From positions 62,001-113,963 of the forward strand of contig NGBS01000019.1 in assembly GCA_002245135.1 (NCBI GenBank): 51,963 nucleotides of DNA, given 5' to 3'. Below the pieces are notes generated by a model. It was not told the origin of the DNA. It searched no databases and was given only the letters and a program-made list of their open reading frames with translations. Of this stretch, positions 1-14,232 are shown one piece after another; positions within the stretch are counted from its first letter, which is position 1; each line of letters starts with the position of its first letter. The translations under genes and the position numbers were made by a program. This DNA is from Proteromonas lacertae (taxonomy: Eukaryota).

Positions 1-586
1 TGTAATAAAGTGGAATCTATTGTCATATTATATATTATTATTATTTATTATACAGAAAAAACAACACTTGGGTTTTGTTTCTTATCAATTTCAAATTGTC
101 TTTTCATCCAGTTTATTAACATCATATATATTGTGTCTATTGTGAAATCTGAATCAACAATCTATTTCTATAATATATTTTATATATACTTTTACTGCAA
201 CTTCATTTAATATTCCATATTTCGGTAATGAATATTTATTGACTTGCATTGGATAATACAAAGTAAAATCACTAATATCTGTTGATTTCTTACATAACAA
301 ATCTCTTACTGGAAAAACTGTTGATAAAGCATACTTCTTCATCTAAAAAAATAGCAATATGTAATTATACTTGTTTTATATTACCAAAAGTTCTTTGTCC
401 ATCTGCACCAAATGATATAATAAATCTATAATCATAATAGATATGTATATACTCTGTTTTCTTCTGGCTATATGCATTTTCTAAAATTCTACTTCCCTCA
501 TTAGCTTTAGATGGATTGTAAGCAATTTTAACATACTTAGAACCCAAATCTATTCCATATAAAGCATCAGGACTGTTAAATTCCAT
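1..586 (-). CDS. Divergent Hsp70/Hsp110-like protein, paralog 1 (5' part, runs off the left edge; 4 short introns visible)
   Basis: Spliced N-terminus MEFNSPDALYGIDLGSKYVKIA...ILENAYSQKKTE|FIISFGADGQRTFG...FPVRDLL...VVFS|IPLYY matches the Hsp70 NBD start (GIDLG; N-x-x-S-x-K/R-x-T; (V/I)P-x-Y-(Y/F)). First intron 452-426 (27 nt). Confidence 0.8.
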
Positions 587-913
587 AGTACAAAAATCTA
601 ATGTAAAAACAGTTTGATGTCCGTTTGATTAGCATGAACTAATTTTCTTGTTTTTACAGTAGACAGAGATAGATTTTACAAATGATTTAACCTACAGATC
701 ATATATCCTTTAAGAAAAAGATATGGATAATTAATTGACTAAATGCAACCAAGATGGATTGATTCACAGAATCTAAAGCGAATGATGTGAAATATAAAGT
801 TGTTTATATTAGATTTTCCAATTGATATTTGAATGCAATCTCAATCCTCATCGCCATATTTATCACAAACGAAAAAACAATAAATAGTGATTTTCAAAAG
901 AAGAATTGTGAAA

Positions 914-3900
914 ATGAAAAGATCACAAGATTCTATTAAAGTATTACAATATATTAACTCAATTTATAGGTTTATGTGAGATTCAGACCAAAGCATTCAA
1001 CAGATAGTAAAATCATTCATGAATCTCCGTTTCATATAACTTCATCAGTACTTTTTTAATGATATTTAATCTTTTTAAATAAGACTACCGTTGTATTTAA
1101 TGATGATACTGATTTTAATTTTGATCATATCTTTCCTCCTGAAACTACACAAGATGAAATGTAATATTTGATATAATAATGATAATAGATTCCGTAATGT
1201 AGCAGCAAAGCATGTAATATCAGCAGTAGAAGGTTTTAACACTTGCATTATTGCATATGGTCAAACAAGTTCGGGTAAAACTCACACGATGATTGGTCCA
1301 AATGATTGCTTAAATCCTTTAGATAATGCTTCCACTTATAATCCAGTAAATTTGGGAATAATTCCAAGAGTATTTCAAGCAATTTCATCTTACTCTACAA
1401 ATATACATATTCAAGTATATTTATTGTTATTTTTATTTTATTAGATTTCTATTATTGAGGTATATAACGAAGAAACATATGATTTATTGGACAATAAACG
1501 AAAAAATGGAAAAGCCAATATTAGAACAACGGAAGCTGGTTATTTTGAAATGAAACAAATCAAAAAGAAGACAATTAAGAATATGGAAGAGTTTATCAAG
1601 TTATACAGTGAAGGAAATTCCTTAAGAGAAACGTCAATAACATTATTAAATGAGAGATCTTCACGTAGTCATTTAGTTATAACATTTTATATTAACAATA
1701 AGAATATCAAAGGTGATATTTTGAATAGTAAATTTGTGTTAGTTGATTTAGCTGGTATATATATATATATATATATTATTATTATTTATTTATTAATAGG
1801 ATCTGAGAATATCTCAAAATCAGGTGCAGATACAAATGTAAAACAAAGAAAAGAAGCAACATTAATAAATCGTTCATTATCTCAATTATCATTGGTTATT
1901 CAAGCAATAATTTATCATAGACCACACATACCTTATCGTGATTCAGTTCTAACTCAATTATTAAGTCAAACAATTGGTGGAAATTGTATGACCACAATGA
2001 TGTTATGTTGTGATAATTCAATTAGTAATAAAGATGCTACTTTATCCACTTTAAGATTTGGTTCAACTGCTAAGTTAATAACCAATAGTATTCATAAGAA
2101 TATTACTGTTACACAATCTCAATTGAAGTTGGAATTAGAGAAGATGAAAATTGAAAATGATAAGTTGAATCAACAATTATTAGAATTGAATAGTCATAAT
2201 AACAGTGAAAGTATTATACCAATGGAGAATATAGAAGAATTGGTGCTTAGAAATGAAGAATTGCAAAAGACAATAATAATATTAGAATCAACAAATGATG
2301 ATAAAAGTGAGCAAATAATGAATTTGAACTTAAAGATAAAAGAATTAGAAAACTATTGTCCTGAAGAGATAAACAGATTACAGATGGAAAATGAAGGTTT
2401 AGATTATAAATATACTCAATTATACATCGATTATCATTCATTATTATCAAAATATCAATCATTAAGTGGTGAAATGAAAGAAAAAGTGAATGAAATTGAT
2501 GATATTAAATCTGAATATAGTAATTTTAAATCAGAAACTGAAGAAATGGAAAACCAGACAAGTCAAATTATTTCTGATTTACAGAATAAGTTGAATAAAT
2601 CTGAAGTTGCCTATGTTACTTTAAAACAACAATATGAATCTCAAATATCCTATTATACCAACTTAATACATACAATTAATAAACAATTGATGTATATTTC
2701 AAGTTATAATAATATGAATTATAAAATTAACAACAATTTATCATCTGAACAAGATATTATTGGTTTTATCAACATGTTGCATGATAAATATATCGATGAA
2801 AACAAAGAAAACAAAGAAATGTTTGAAGAACTGAATAATAAGATTCAAGAACAAATATCAACTATTGAATCATTACAATGCGAAATATTCACCAATGAAA
2901 CTGAATATCAGAATAAAATACACAATCAAGAAGCTGAATTTGAAACTGAATATAGTAAATTGAATGATAAGTACATAAACTATCAACAAATAACTAATGG
3001 TAAAATCAATACATTAAATAGTGAAGTGGTATTAAAAGAGTTTTTATTGAAGAATAAACAAGCTGAATTGAATGATTTGAAAAGAGATTATAATACTGAA
3101 ATTGATGATATTAGAAAGAGATTCAATAATGATATTCAAAAAGCAAAACAAAGATATGAAAATGAAACAAATAAATTAGTTAAGAAGATAGAGAAGATAG
3201 AGTATGAAAAGAAAGTGTTAAAAGAAAGATATTATAAAGATATTAAAGCAATTAAAACTGAAAATAATAATAATAATAATAATTTAAAATATAAATCATC
3301 AGATGTTGTTACTTTAGAAGTAAAAGAAGATATGAAATTGAAGAATGAAATAAATGGTTTAAAAGAAGAGAATAGAATGTTAAAGAATGATATTGAAGAA
3401 ATGAATAAGAAATATGTATTATTATTACTATTATTATTTATTATAGGAAAATAAGAAATATTTAATTACTCGATTCAAAATAACAAATAATGAATTGTCA
3501 CAACAATTATCAAAGTATAAAAACATCATTGATGATTTAAATCTCAATTTACAACCAACAATATATAACTTTGTAACAAAAAGTCATTTGAATTTTTCTT
3601 TTGATAAAGTATATTCATTAATATTCTAATATATTCATAGAATGATAGTATTATACTCAATACTCAAAAGTTATTGTCTTATCTCAACTCTGAATTTCAA
3701 TACATAATATCTCAATATTGCAATTATTATAATAACAATGATAATATATTTACCACAATGATGAATATTATGAATGACAACTCATTGTTAAAAAGGCAAT
3801 TACAAGAGAATAAAGCAATTATTAATACATTTCAAACTCAGATAATTGAATACCAATCATCTTTAAGTTGTAATACAGTTTTATTGGATGAAAAAGATAA

Positions 3901-5246
3901 AATTATAAAAGAATTGAATGATAGAATTATTGATACTAATGTATATATTTATATATTTACATTTAAATTTATTTATTGAATAGTATCAAATTCATTTATT
4001 TAAGCAAGAAATGATGAAGTTTATATCAGATGAAGATGCTATTGTTGATAGTGTTAATGCTCCATTCTGTTTAGAATCAAATCCAATATTATCTGAAGCT
4101 TATAGTGAAATAAATGAACCAATATTAAAGATAAAACAACAATTAGTTTATGAAAAGAACAAATCTCATCAATTGAAATCTGAAAAGGATGAACTATCAT
4201 CGAAGTATCAAAAATATGCAATTAAGAATATTCAATTATCAAATCATATTGTATTATTATTATTATATTAATATTTGAATTAGGATGATTTAGAATCTCA
4301 TATAAGAGTATCAAAAGTTGAAAATACTCCAATGAAACCTCCTCAATTATCAACAGAATCATTCACTTATTCACTATCAAATACTTATTCAATTCCATCA
4401 GTTTCTACATCATCATCTTTATCATTTTCTTCTTCATCTTCTTATATTGTATTTCACATGTATTTTTCTATCTTATATAGTGGTTTATCAATAAAATCGA
4501 AACTACAATTAAAAGTATTATAAACCATAATGAATCTTTCCATGATCACTCATTCTTATTATCAGAATTAAAGAAATTATTATTTTCATTTGATATATTC
4601 AATGAATTAATAACTGAATGTAGTAGTGATATTTCTACAGGAGAAATCAGTAATGATTATAGTAATGTAGAGTCCATAGAGAATAACAGTATCAGTAATA
4701 ATAATAATAATAATGAAGAAGAAGAAGATAGTATAGAAGTTGTTGATGAAAAGATTGAAACAGAAAATGAAGATTATGATTTATTATCAAGATGGAATAA
4801 TAAATATTTAATTATGTGTTTGGATAATGATATTGAATATACCATTTTATCAAGTTATAAAGATGTCAATAGGATGTTGGATGAGATAGAAAAACATTTG
4901 AAGAAGAATACTCATACAATTGAACATTTGAATAAAAGAATATTGAAATTAGTATGTTTATTTTTTATTTATAATAATATATATATATATATAGAATAAT
5001 TATTTATATCAATATAAAACTAAAAATCAAGCAAAATCTCAAGAAATTTTAAAATTACACAAAGAATTAACAATTCGTCAATTCAATCAATACAAACCAA
5101 CAGTTCATAACGAAAGTCCTTTTATGAGTCTTTATAACAGATTTTGTGAATTATTTCATTTGTATAATCGTCCAAAACAATCAGTTAGAAGAAATTCTTC
5201 ATTAACAAAATCAAGAACAGATTATACTTATCTCAATACTTTATAA
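914..5246 (+). CDS. N-terminal-motor kinesin with long coiled-coil stalk/tail (11 introns)
   Basis: After splicing: IK|VYVRFRP, FNFDHIF, AYGQTSSGKTHTM (P-loop), NERSSRSH (switch I), LVDLAG|SE (switch II), HIPYRDSVLT. All exon junctions checked by hand stay in frame to TAA at 5244-5246. Confidence 0.93.
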
Positions 5247-5990
5247 TTCTTTTTATACTCTTCTTTATTTCATATATCTAATTTTCGCATATATTTTATT
5301 GTTTTGTGTTATAATACTACTCACAAACAAGATAATTCTTCATAAAAGCAATTTATATGAATATAATGAATATAAATAGGACTAATATATTGAGAGTGTA
5401 AAACACTCCATTATTATCAATGATTGTTTCAACAATTACATCCAATCTAGTATATTAATTTTCAAATTCTAGGCAAAACTATCATTTATATAAATTACAT
5501 TCGAATCATTCACTATTTTGTGTATTTATCGAAATTTTTCTGTTTTATTGTTAATAACTAAGCATTCAGTTAATATATCCCATAATAATCTAATACTCAA
5601 TACAATATACATTAAAACAAACAGAAATATCGTGCATAGGCTTCATACATTAACATATTCGTCCTAAAAGTTAATACAAGCTTGATTACCTCAAACTATT
5701 TATATTGTCATTTTGAATTTATGAGATTATTGACTGCTATACAACTAATGTAAAGGATGTATAATGGAAAAAGAAGGAAAATATACTTGTTTTTTATGGT
5801 TGTGCTATATCAATTGTAATTTGGAGAGAAACAGGTTACCTATGAATTTATTTTCTTTTATATAAATGATGTTGTGTTGAAGGATTGAAATTTACTTTCA
5901 TTACTCCAATTTAGTCTAATTTTTCAATTAAACAAAGAAACAGCACAATATAATGATTAGTAGTGTGATAATATCTCATAATTGAATATC

Positions 5991-8900
5991 TTACCTATCC
6001 AAATATCTGATTTTAGACAAGCATAAGTATAGACACAAGATCATCACTCCAATTGCAGCCAATTCATAATAAATATAATTCCATAATAAATCATATCTCA
6101 TTCCATAAAATCCAAGGAAATATTCATGAATTGTTAATGTAATATTACCTTCAATATGAACAGTTGGACAAGCAGCTTTATTACTTTCAAAACTATCACA
6201 TTTGAATTGATTAATAGCTGCTGCTTGTATTGCATACATCTCAGGATTTATCCAATAAAACCATTTCCAAGGAGCATTCATAGAATCATAAGGAATTAAA
6301 AATCCAGTAAATGTCATTAACATACTAATTAACATTCCAGTTACTGTTGAAGCAACACCATCTTTAGAGAATAAATAAGATAGAATTTGAGCTAGTACTG
6401 AACAAAACATAAACCATTCAAATGTCACTAAGAATTGTATTAATACTTTCTTTATATCACCATCCAATCCAACCATTGGATAGAATATCAGATTAAATAG
6501 TAATGTTATTATAAAAACATACACTGCTTCAACAAATAACAGAGAAATCATATGAGCAAATGGATGATATGTTTTCATTGCATCTTCTCTATAAAACATC
6601 ATTCTGGATCTTACAAGGAATACAGTCACTGGAAACATACTATTCATTCCAGTAGACATTACATTAATACTTATTCCAGCAAATTTACTTTGAAGTCCAC
6701 CTTGATAACTATCATCTACTTGAAAATATATTAAACCATAAGCTAATGTCATTATAATTATTTCTTCAAGTCTTCCCAAATTAAAATCAAGTTTTCTCCA
6801 ATTCATTCGGAAATTTCTTTTGGTTACTTCATAGATTTGTTTGAATATTGAAACGGAATATTTGGATTTTGATTTGACTGATGGTTGATCAGAATTTTTT
6901 ATTTCATTTATTATACTCAAATTATCTTCATACAATTTGCTTTTCATATAATAATCACCAAATTGAATAGTGTTTTTACCATCTACACCAGCACCTGTCA
7001 CTTCTAACATCCAACTAGCTGGATTTTCATTCTCTTTAATCTTTAGAACATTTTCTATCTCACTTATATATTCTACCACTTTTGAACCATGTTCACCTAA
7101 TGGACCTAAATAAACTACTTTTCCACCTCTTTCTAATAACAATACATCACTAAATAATTCAAATATTTCAAAAGATGGTTGATGGATTGTACAAATTATA
7201 CTTCTTCCACATTCACCTATCTTCTTCAACATTTTACATACTAACAATGCAGATGAACTATCTAACCCAGTTGTTGGTTCATCTAAGAACAATATTGAGG
7301 GATTAGCTGCTAATTCTATTCCAATCATCACCAATTTTCTTATACCCATTGGCAAACCATTCTCTTTTGTTCCTATCATCATATTCTTATATTCACTCAA
7401 TCCTAATAATTCAATTGTTTCATCTACATACTTCACTATCACACTATCTTTGGGATTTCCTGGAAATCTTAATCTACCACTAAACATTAATGCTTCTTTC
7501 ACAGTCTCAGTTTCTGGTAATGTATCTTCTTGTTCTACATATCCACTTAACATACACAAATCATTGGTTTTATATTCTTTACCATTCAATAAGAATTTAC
7601 CTTCAATCTTTCCTTGTGTTTTTCTGTTTGCTAAGACATCCAATAATGTTGTTTTACCAGCACCACTAGCTCCCATTAAAGCAGTCATACTGTGAGCTCT
7701 TACAAATCCACTTACATCATCTAATAACATTTTATCTACTTTCCTTTTTGTTATTGGATCTTTTACTCTTACACTGTATTTGACATGTTCAAATGTAAAA
7801 TCTACATTCTTTACTGAAATATCAAGTGAACTAGTTTTTCTTTCACTTATATCTCTCTTTAATTTTTCTATCTTTTTCACTGAATCTTTGTCTACTGTTT
7901 TACTTGGATAGAATGGATCATATTGGAAGAAATGAATTACTATTACTTGACATATTACAAAGAAGATATGTTCACATAACATGATTATCAAAGAATACCA
8001 TATTTCTTTTCTTTCTGTTGGAAAGTCAAATGCTTTAAGATAAATCTCAGATTCTTCTTTTGTATATTTATTACTTGTAAATTCATTGATTAATTGACAT
8101 TTTGTCATATGAGCAACTGGACTAAAGTAATAGAATTCAATTAACCATACTGGAATGCTCTTTCTTGTTATACTAAATCCACTAAAAGTGTTCATAATAA
8201 AACTAATTACAGGTAAAAATGCGCTTATAACACCAATAGTTTCACTTATATATATAATTATCCCAAAGCAAGATATAAATGTAGTATAACCAAGAAACAA
8301 TGATAATATGTAGATGAAATAATATTCACCATTATTATCAAATGAAAATCCCATCATCGAATAGACTATCGTACCAAATAACATTGTTTCTATGAATTGA
8401 ATCAGATAATTGCTTATCACTGAACTAATTATATAAGCACTACTACTATAATATCCTTGTTTTAATTGTTTATATAAAGGCGGCTTATTAAAGAATAAGG
8501 GAAACATAACAGCCATTGAACCATTTACAAGAATAGTTAATGCCATATATATTCCTCCTGTTTTAGATATAAAATCATTCTTATCAAGTCCAAAGAATAT
8601 CCAACCAATTATTACGCTTGACATTATTTGTTGCATTATTCTTCCTATCATTACACCAGGATTCTTGTATATATTCCTACAGTGATAATTGAACAAGTAA
8701 CATAACTGTTGAAAGTAAGACATTGTATGTTTTTGATGAAACATTAAATCATTATAATCATTATGAATTTCTTTGGATGGAATTGTTTCTTCATTTACTT
8801 CTTTTTCTATCTTTTCATAACTTTCACTCTTGTGATATAACTCAACCATTGACTTTGTATCAACATTCACACTTTCATCTTTTCGAAATGATAATCTTGA

Positions 8901-9938
8901 TTCTTCTTTTCCCATATCAGATAAAAATGATCCAATATCTTTATTATTTGGAATATTATAGCCAATTGAATTGAAATACTTCATAATACACTCTTCGTTT
9001 GATGATCCACCATAAATTATCTCACCTTCACTCAGTATAATCACATTATCAAACAGTTTTATTACTTCTGGATCTGGCTGTAATAAGTGACATACTAAAA
9101 TTCCTTCAAATATCTTTACCCATTGATTTAGGAATTTACATATGTCATAGGTTACTGCACTATCTAAACCAGTACTAACTTTATCTAATAACAATACTCT
9201 GGCTGGACCAGCTAATGCCTCACCTAATGTAACTCTTTTCTTTTCACCTCCACTTATACCTCGAATCATTTCATCACCAACTAATGTATTTTCACAGATA
9301 TTCAATCCCAACTTTTCTATCAACAGTTTGGTTTTATTACTCACATCAGCTTCTAATCTGTAATGGCCTTTCTTTGATAGATTACCTTTACCATTCAAAC
9401 AATGAACTGCAAAGTTTATTGTTTCTTTCACAGTCAAATTGCCTAATTGAATGTCATTTTGACCACAGAAACTACACAATTTCTTCCAGTTCAAACTCTC
9501 GATTGGCTTACCATAGCATTTCACACTTCCTGTGTGTTTACTAAATGGAATATAACCTGCCAATGCCTTTAAGAACGATGTAGTACCAGAAGAAGGAGGA
9601 CCAAATACCTAATTGCTTATAAGTATGTTTTATACTAACGTTGATGAACCAGACTTGAAGTGATAAGTCACATCCTTAAGAACCACTTGATTTTTCTTAT
9701 TTGATAAATATAATCTATCTTTAATCTGATAGTATAGTCCTGTAACAATGTTTGGGATTTTATCATACTCTTTTTTGACCTTCTTCACCTCATAAGTGTA
9801 ATTTTTTATAACAAGATCTACTTTTGGTAAGTCAGGTAGAAATGTCTTCAGCTGCTTAGCATAGCTCTCATATTCTGGGGGCTGAGCATTTTTTGCATCT
9901 GTTTGTGGTAAAAGTACAGGTAATTGATTATCACTCAT
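5991..9938 (-). CDS. Full-size ABCG/PDR-type transporter (NBD-TMD-NBD-TMD); one intron near 9609-9635
   Basis: NBD1 GPPSSGTTS, ISGGEKKRV, LLLDKVSTGLDS. NBD2 MGASGAGKTT, LFLDEPTTGLDS, CTIHQPS. Two hydrophobic ABC2-membrane domains. Confidence 0.95.
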
Positions 9939-10842
9939 TATATTATAACGAATAAATGAAATTGATTGGTTTATATATTTTAAAATATTTTAAATTGTCA
10001 TAAAGATATTTAGACAATTTAAAAATTTTGTTAAAAATATTTCAAACTTATTTGATTTATGATGGTAGCTAATAAAGAAGATATATTTCTTACGAAATGT
10101 GTGTAATTTTCAAGTTAATCAAAAAAATCTCAAATCATAATCTTTATTATCACTTCAGTCATATACAGTATATTATAGTATATATATGATTGACAATTCT
10201 CATATACCATCACATTAATAAATATCATTATATCCTAAATAACTATTGTAAATTGATGATATTGCTGCATTATACATATCCATTATATGTAACTATTCTA
10301 TGAAATGTTAATCTACATTCACGTGATTGTGTTTTTGAAATATAATATCATGGGGGAAATACATTACTATATGATTAAAAGGACCTAAGAATATATTGTT
10401 TTTTAATGCATAGCACCAATCGACTAATATATAACTCAGCTTTTATATTCCACATTTATAGATTAGACTCGTTAAAATATAACATTATCTAAAATTTTAT
10501 AAAATAATACCTTCAGTCTTATGAGATATACATTTATTGGAAATTTATACGTTTCAGAAATTACATTTTAATAATATTTTTTATACAAAGTAGAATCTAT
10601 AGTTATTCAAATTAATGGAATCGTTTATCATCTGAATTTCTGTGAAGGTAAGGTTTGCACATGAGTATAGGTGATTTTATGAGATTTATAGGATTTAATT
10701 GAACGTTGATAGAATTTGAGCAAAACTTTAATTTCAAAATGTATTATCGTTACTATTTACTAATTTTCAATAAAAACTGATTTTCAGTTGAATTTCTTTA
10801 CAAATAAAACAAAACAATAGAAACAGCATTTAGAAACACAGA

Positions 10843-12536
10843 TTAACCTTGGATATAGAGTAAATCTTCTTCAGCAATTGTTGGAACCATGAATTCACCA
10901 ATCTGTTCAGTCGATAATGAAGAAAAGAATGACCCACCAACACTATCAACAGTCTCTACTCTTTCTGGCTTTCTTCCATCAATAGGCTTAACAAAAAGAT
11001 CACAGTAAAACACACAAGCAGTTGATATTACTTGACAAACAATCATAAACACCAATTTTATCCAGAATGTTTTTTGTTCATTAACAAATATACTGATCAT
11101 AAATACCACACTCATTCCTAACGTTTGTGACATTAAAGCATTTGAAACTCCTGAATTCCTATCTTTATCATTCAAATAGAAAGATTGAACTATTGCCATT
11201 GGCTATAAATATATTATAAATTAAAAATAGCTATACTTGAGAGATAGAAACTCCATTTCCACAAGCTAAGAAAGCAGTAAGCATATATGCCTTAATAAAA
11301 CTAAGTAAAGATGTGTCATGAAAAGGTAACTATATATAATAATATTATAATTATTATACATACTTTAATCACTAATAATAAAATAAATAATGTCATATGC
11401 ATCACAAAGTCAATAAAGAAAATCCCTTTTCTCTTAATGAAAGTAGAAGCTAATTTTCCAGCTATAACATTTGTAAATGCAGCCATTATAAAGAAACCGC
11501 AAGTAACATAACCACTTTTTTCTACACCAACAATATATCCAGCTACAAACTTGGTAAAATCAGCAGCTACAAAGGATTTTCTATGTAGATACAAAATAAT
11601 GTAAATAATATACGTTACACCAGCATAAAAGCAAGGAAAGATAATTAATTTCATTTCTTTAGAACTTTGAATTAGATGAATAGTTTGTAAAAATGATGGA
11701 GTTTCCTATATAATAACAAAAATAAATGTTAAATAATGATATGTTATACTGACGATCTTGGTTCTAAATTTTCTAAGTTACTTTCTTTCATTTCTGGTTT
11801 CATAGGAACTGGATCGCCCATCAGAGCAAATACAATAGCTGCGATTAAACAAACAGAGGCTAATACTATATAGAGATACTATTTATTAATATATTAACAA
11901 TTAAAATGAATATACTTTTTTATCAAAATGAGTTAAAATGAAACTTGCTGATGCATTTCCTGATGCACTACATATTTCAATAAAACAAAACATTATTCCA
12001 TTATAATATGATGTAATAGATTCAAATACTAAGTATTTAGATAAAGAAAATATACACAATCCACTTTCTATTGATTGATTCATTGCTAACTTTCCTAAAT
12101 ATGAAGCTTCAGCACACCAAAATATGGCACCAGTAAAGCCATTTAACATATTAACTGGAATAAATACATATGCAGCTGGATATAGATTAGCTAATGCTAA
12201 TACAACATATCCAAGTGCAAAAATCGCTATTGACCTTCTATAAAACAATAGATGAGTATTATGTACTTTACACCTAAACAATTAACCACTTTTGGAGCAA
12301 AATTACACGATATAGCAAAGATTATGTAATTTGAAGTCATACCTATACTACCTATAGTTTTATTTAATTGAGTTTGAAAGGTCTATTAATATATCAAAAC
12401 TTCTCCATACAATAACAGTAATATATCCAAAACTGATTAATCCCATAGCGAAAGCCAAATGAAATATTCTGAAGGTATAACTCCTTACCTTAGTTGGAGT
12501 TGGACTTTTGGGAGATATAAGTACTTCCTTGTCCAT
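10843..12536 (-). CDS. UNC-93-like MFS membrane protein (8 introns)
   Basis: About 12 hydrophobic segments. Motifs FQTQLNKTIG, APKVVNCLGVKRSI, LANLYP, GFTGAIFWCAEASYL and SFVAADFTK are typical of UNC-93/MFSD11. Confidence 0.8.
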
Positions 12537-13135
12537 GGCTGATGGTGAGTAATAAACAAAAACAATAAAATACAAATATTTTCTTCAACATTCAAATACT
12601 CATTATTCATATTATTTTCATTTGATTTATTGTGTTAGAGAAATATATTCGTAAATGCCTTAGTAAAAATTATGAAAATGTAAATTTTGATTGAATCTAG
12701 TTTATGATACATTTAATTATCTTAAGTTAAATGCAGCATGTGAGTTTTGCATATTAATTTACAGAATGAGTAATAAAATAAAAGATGAGAATAAAAATTA
12801 ACTTTATATAAAGAAAGTACTAGAATAAATAGATTAATATATGCATATATAACACTATTACACTCTTTGCAATGTATTAATTCATCTCAAATTTTAATGC
12901 CTTGCTTATTATGTGAATTTTCTTACAGCAAACTTAAAGTATGTTCATGAAAATAATTCTTCCTTTTTCATAATCCGAAATCAAGATTTGAGATTACACA
13001 TAATCATGAAATTTTTGAATTGAAAATGTATAGTTATCAGGCTTGAGTTTCATTCATTGATTTTTAAGGGTCAATTGCATTTTGAATTTTTCAGTTGATT
13101 AATTTCATCCCAAATATCTCTACTTTAACAGCATA

Positions 13136-14098
13136 ATGGCACAAAATCTTACCAAAACTATTGATGTTCCAGCAATTGACGATTTCTTAAAAGGAATTAC
13201 AGTCTTTGAAGCTGATATGAGAGTGTTAAAGAAAATGATTGCTGACCATGCTGTTGCAGTTGATCTTTTCAACAAGAAAGAAGTACCAGTTATTGCACAA
13301 TTAACGTATCCAATTCTATGACTATAATTCTTTAGAAAAGTACAAGATCCAAGTCTTTCACCAATTACCCAACTATACAATACAGAACTCAACAACTTAT
13401 GTGAAATACGTAATCAAATCGTTTGTGTTGTATATCATTAATGGCAGTTATATTTTTATAGAGAAGTAAAACAACTGTATTAGGTAAAATTGATGAAATT
13501 CTTCTTAATTTAACTGCTCCAATGAGATTACTCGCTGAAGAAGTGAAAGGCACAATCTTATTACTTCAAAAATTACAAGATAAGAGATCAGCAGCTGCTG
13601 CTAAAGGAAAAGTATATATATTTCTGTAATATTGAATAGGACACAACCATTGCCGCTAGAGATTGCAGAGATGCTCAACAAAAGTTAGGACATCAAGTTG
13701 AAGAATTAGAACATCGTATTCAAGATTATGAAATCTACCGTGTATCTAATCTTATGGTGATCTTACAGGAAATTACAAATAGTATTGTTTTAATATATAA
13801 TTATAATCTTGTTTAGTTGAATTATTCTGTGCTGCTAGAACATTAGAAGGAAATAGCCGTGTTAGCAGAAAAGCTAATGAATTAGACCCTGAAGTTGTTG
13901 CGTATTTTTATTATACCTAGTTATTAATATATATATATATATAGTCAAGAATCATTAGACAAGATTCGTAAAGCTCTTCATTTCATTAACCAAGATGGAC
14001 AAATTGTTAATGCTCCAGTAGAACCAGTAAACAAACCAGAAGCTCCACAAGAAAATCCAAAACCAGTTTTAAATCAACCTGGTGCTGTTCCAAACTAA
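13136..14098 (+). CDS. BAR-domain protein, FAM92/CIBAR-like (5 introns)
   Basis: All-helical ~260-aa spliced product. C-terminal helix LEHRIQDYEIYRVSNLMVILQEITNIELFCAARTLE resembles BAR helix 3 of FAM92/SNX-BAR proteins. Pro-rich tail; stop at 14096-14098. Confidence 0.55.
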
Positions 14099-14232
14099 AG
14101 AATATTTGAAGTAATTTGCTATATTAAATTTGATACACATCAATATATACTTGTTTTTTTGATATGGGGGTTTATTTAGTTTGTTAATATGAAAGGTCAA
14201 AATAAAATTGATCAAACTATCATCAAACCAAT

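Noticed and set aside
9940..10840. Longer intergenic regions (also 5250-5990, 12540-13135, 24500-25050) as possible ncRNA or transposon remnants
   Set aside because: I recognised no tRNA cloverleaf, snRNA, convincing C/D or H/ACA boxes, terminal repeats or transposase remnants by eye. An Infernal scan would be needed.
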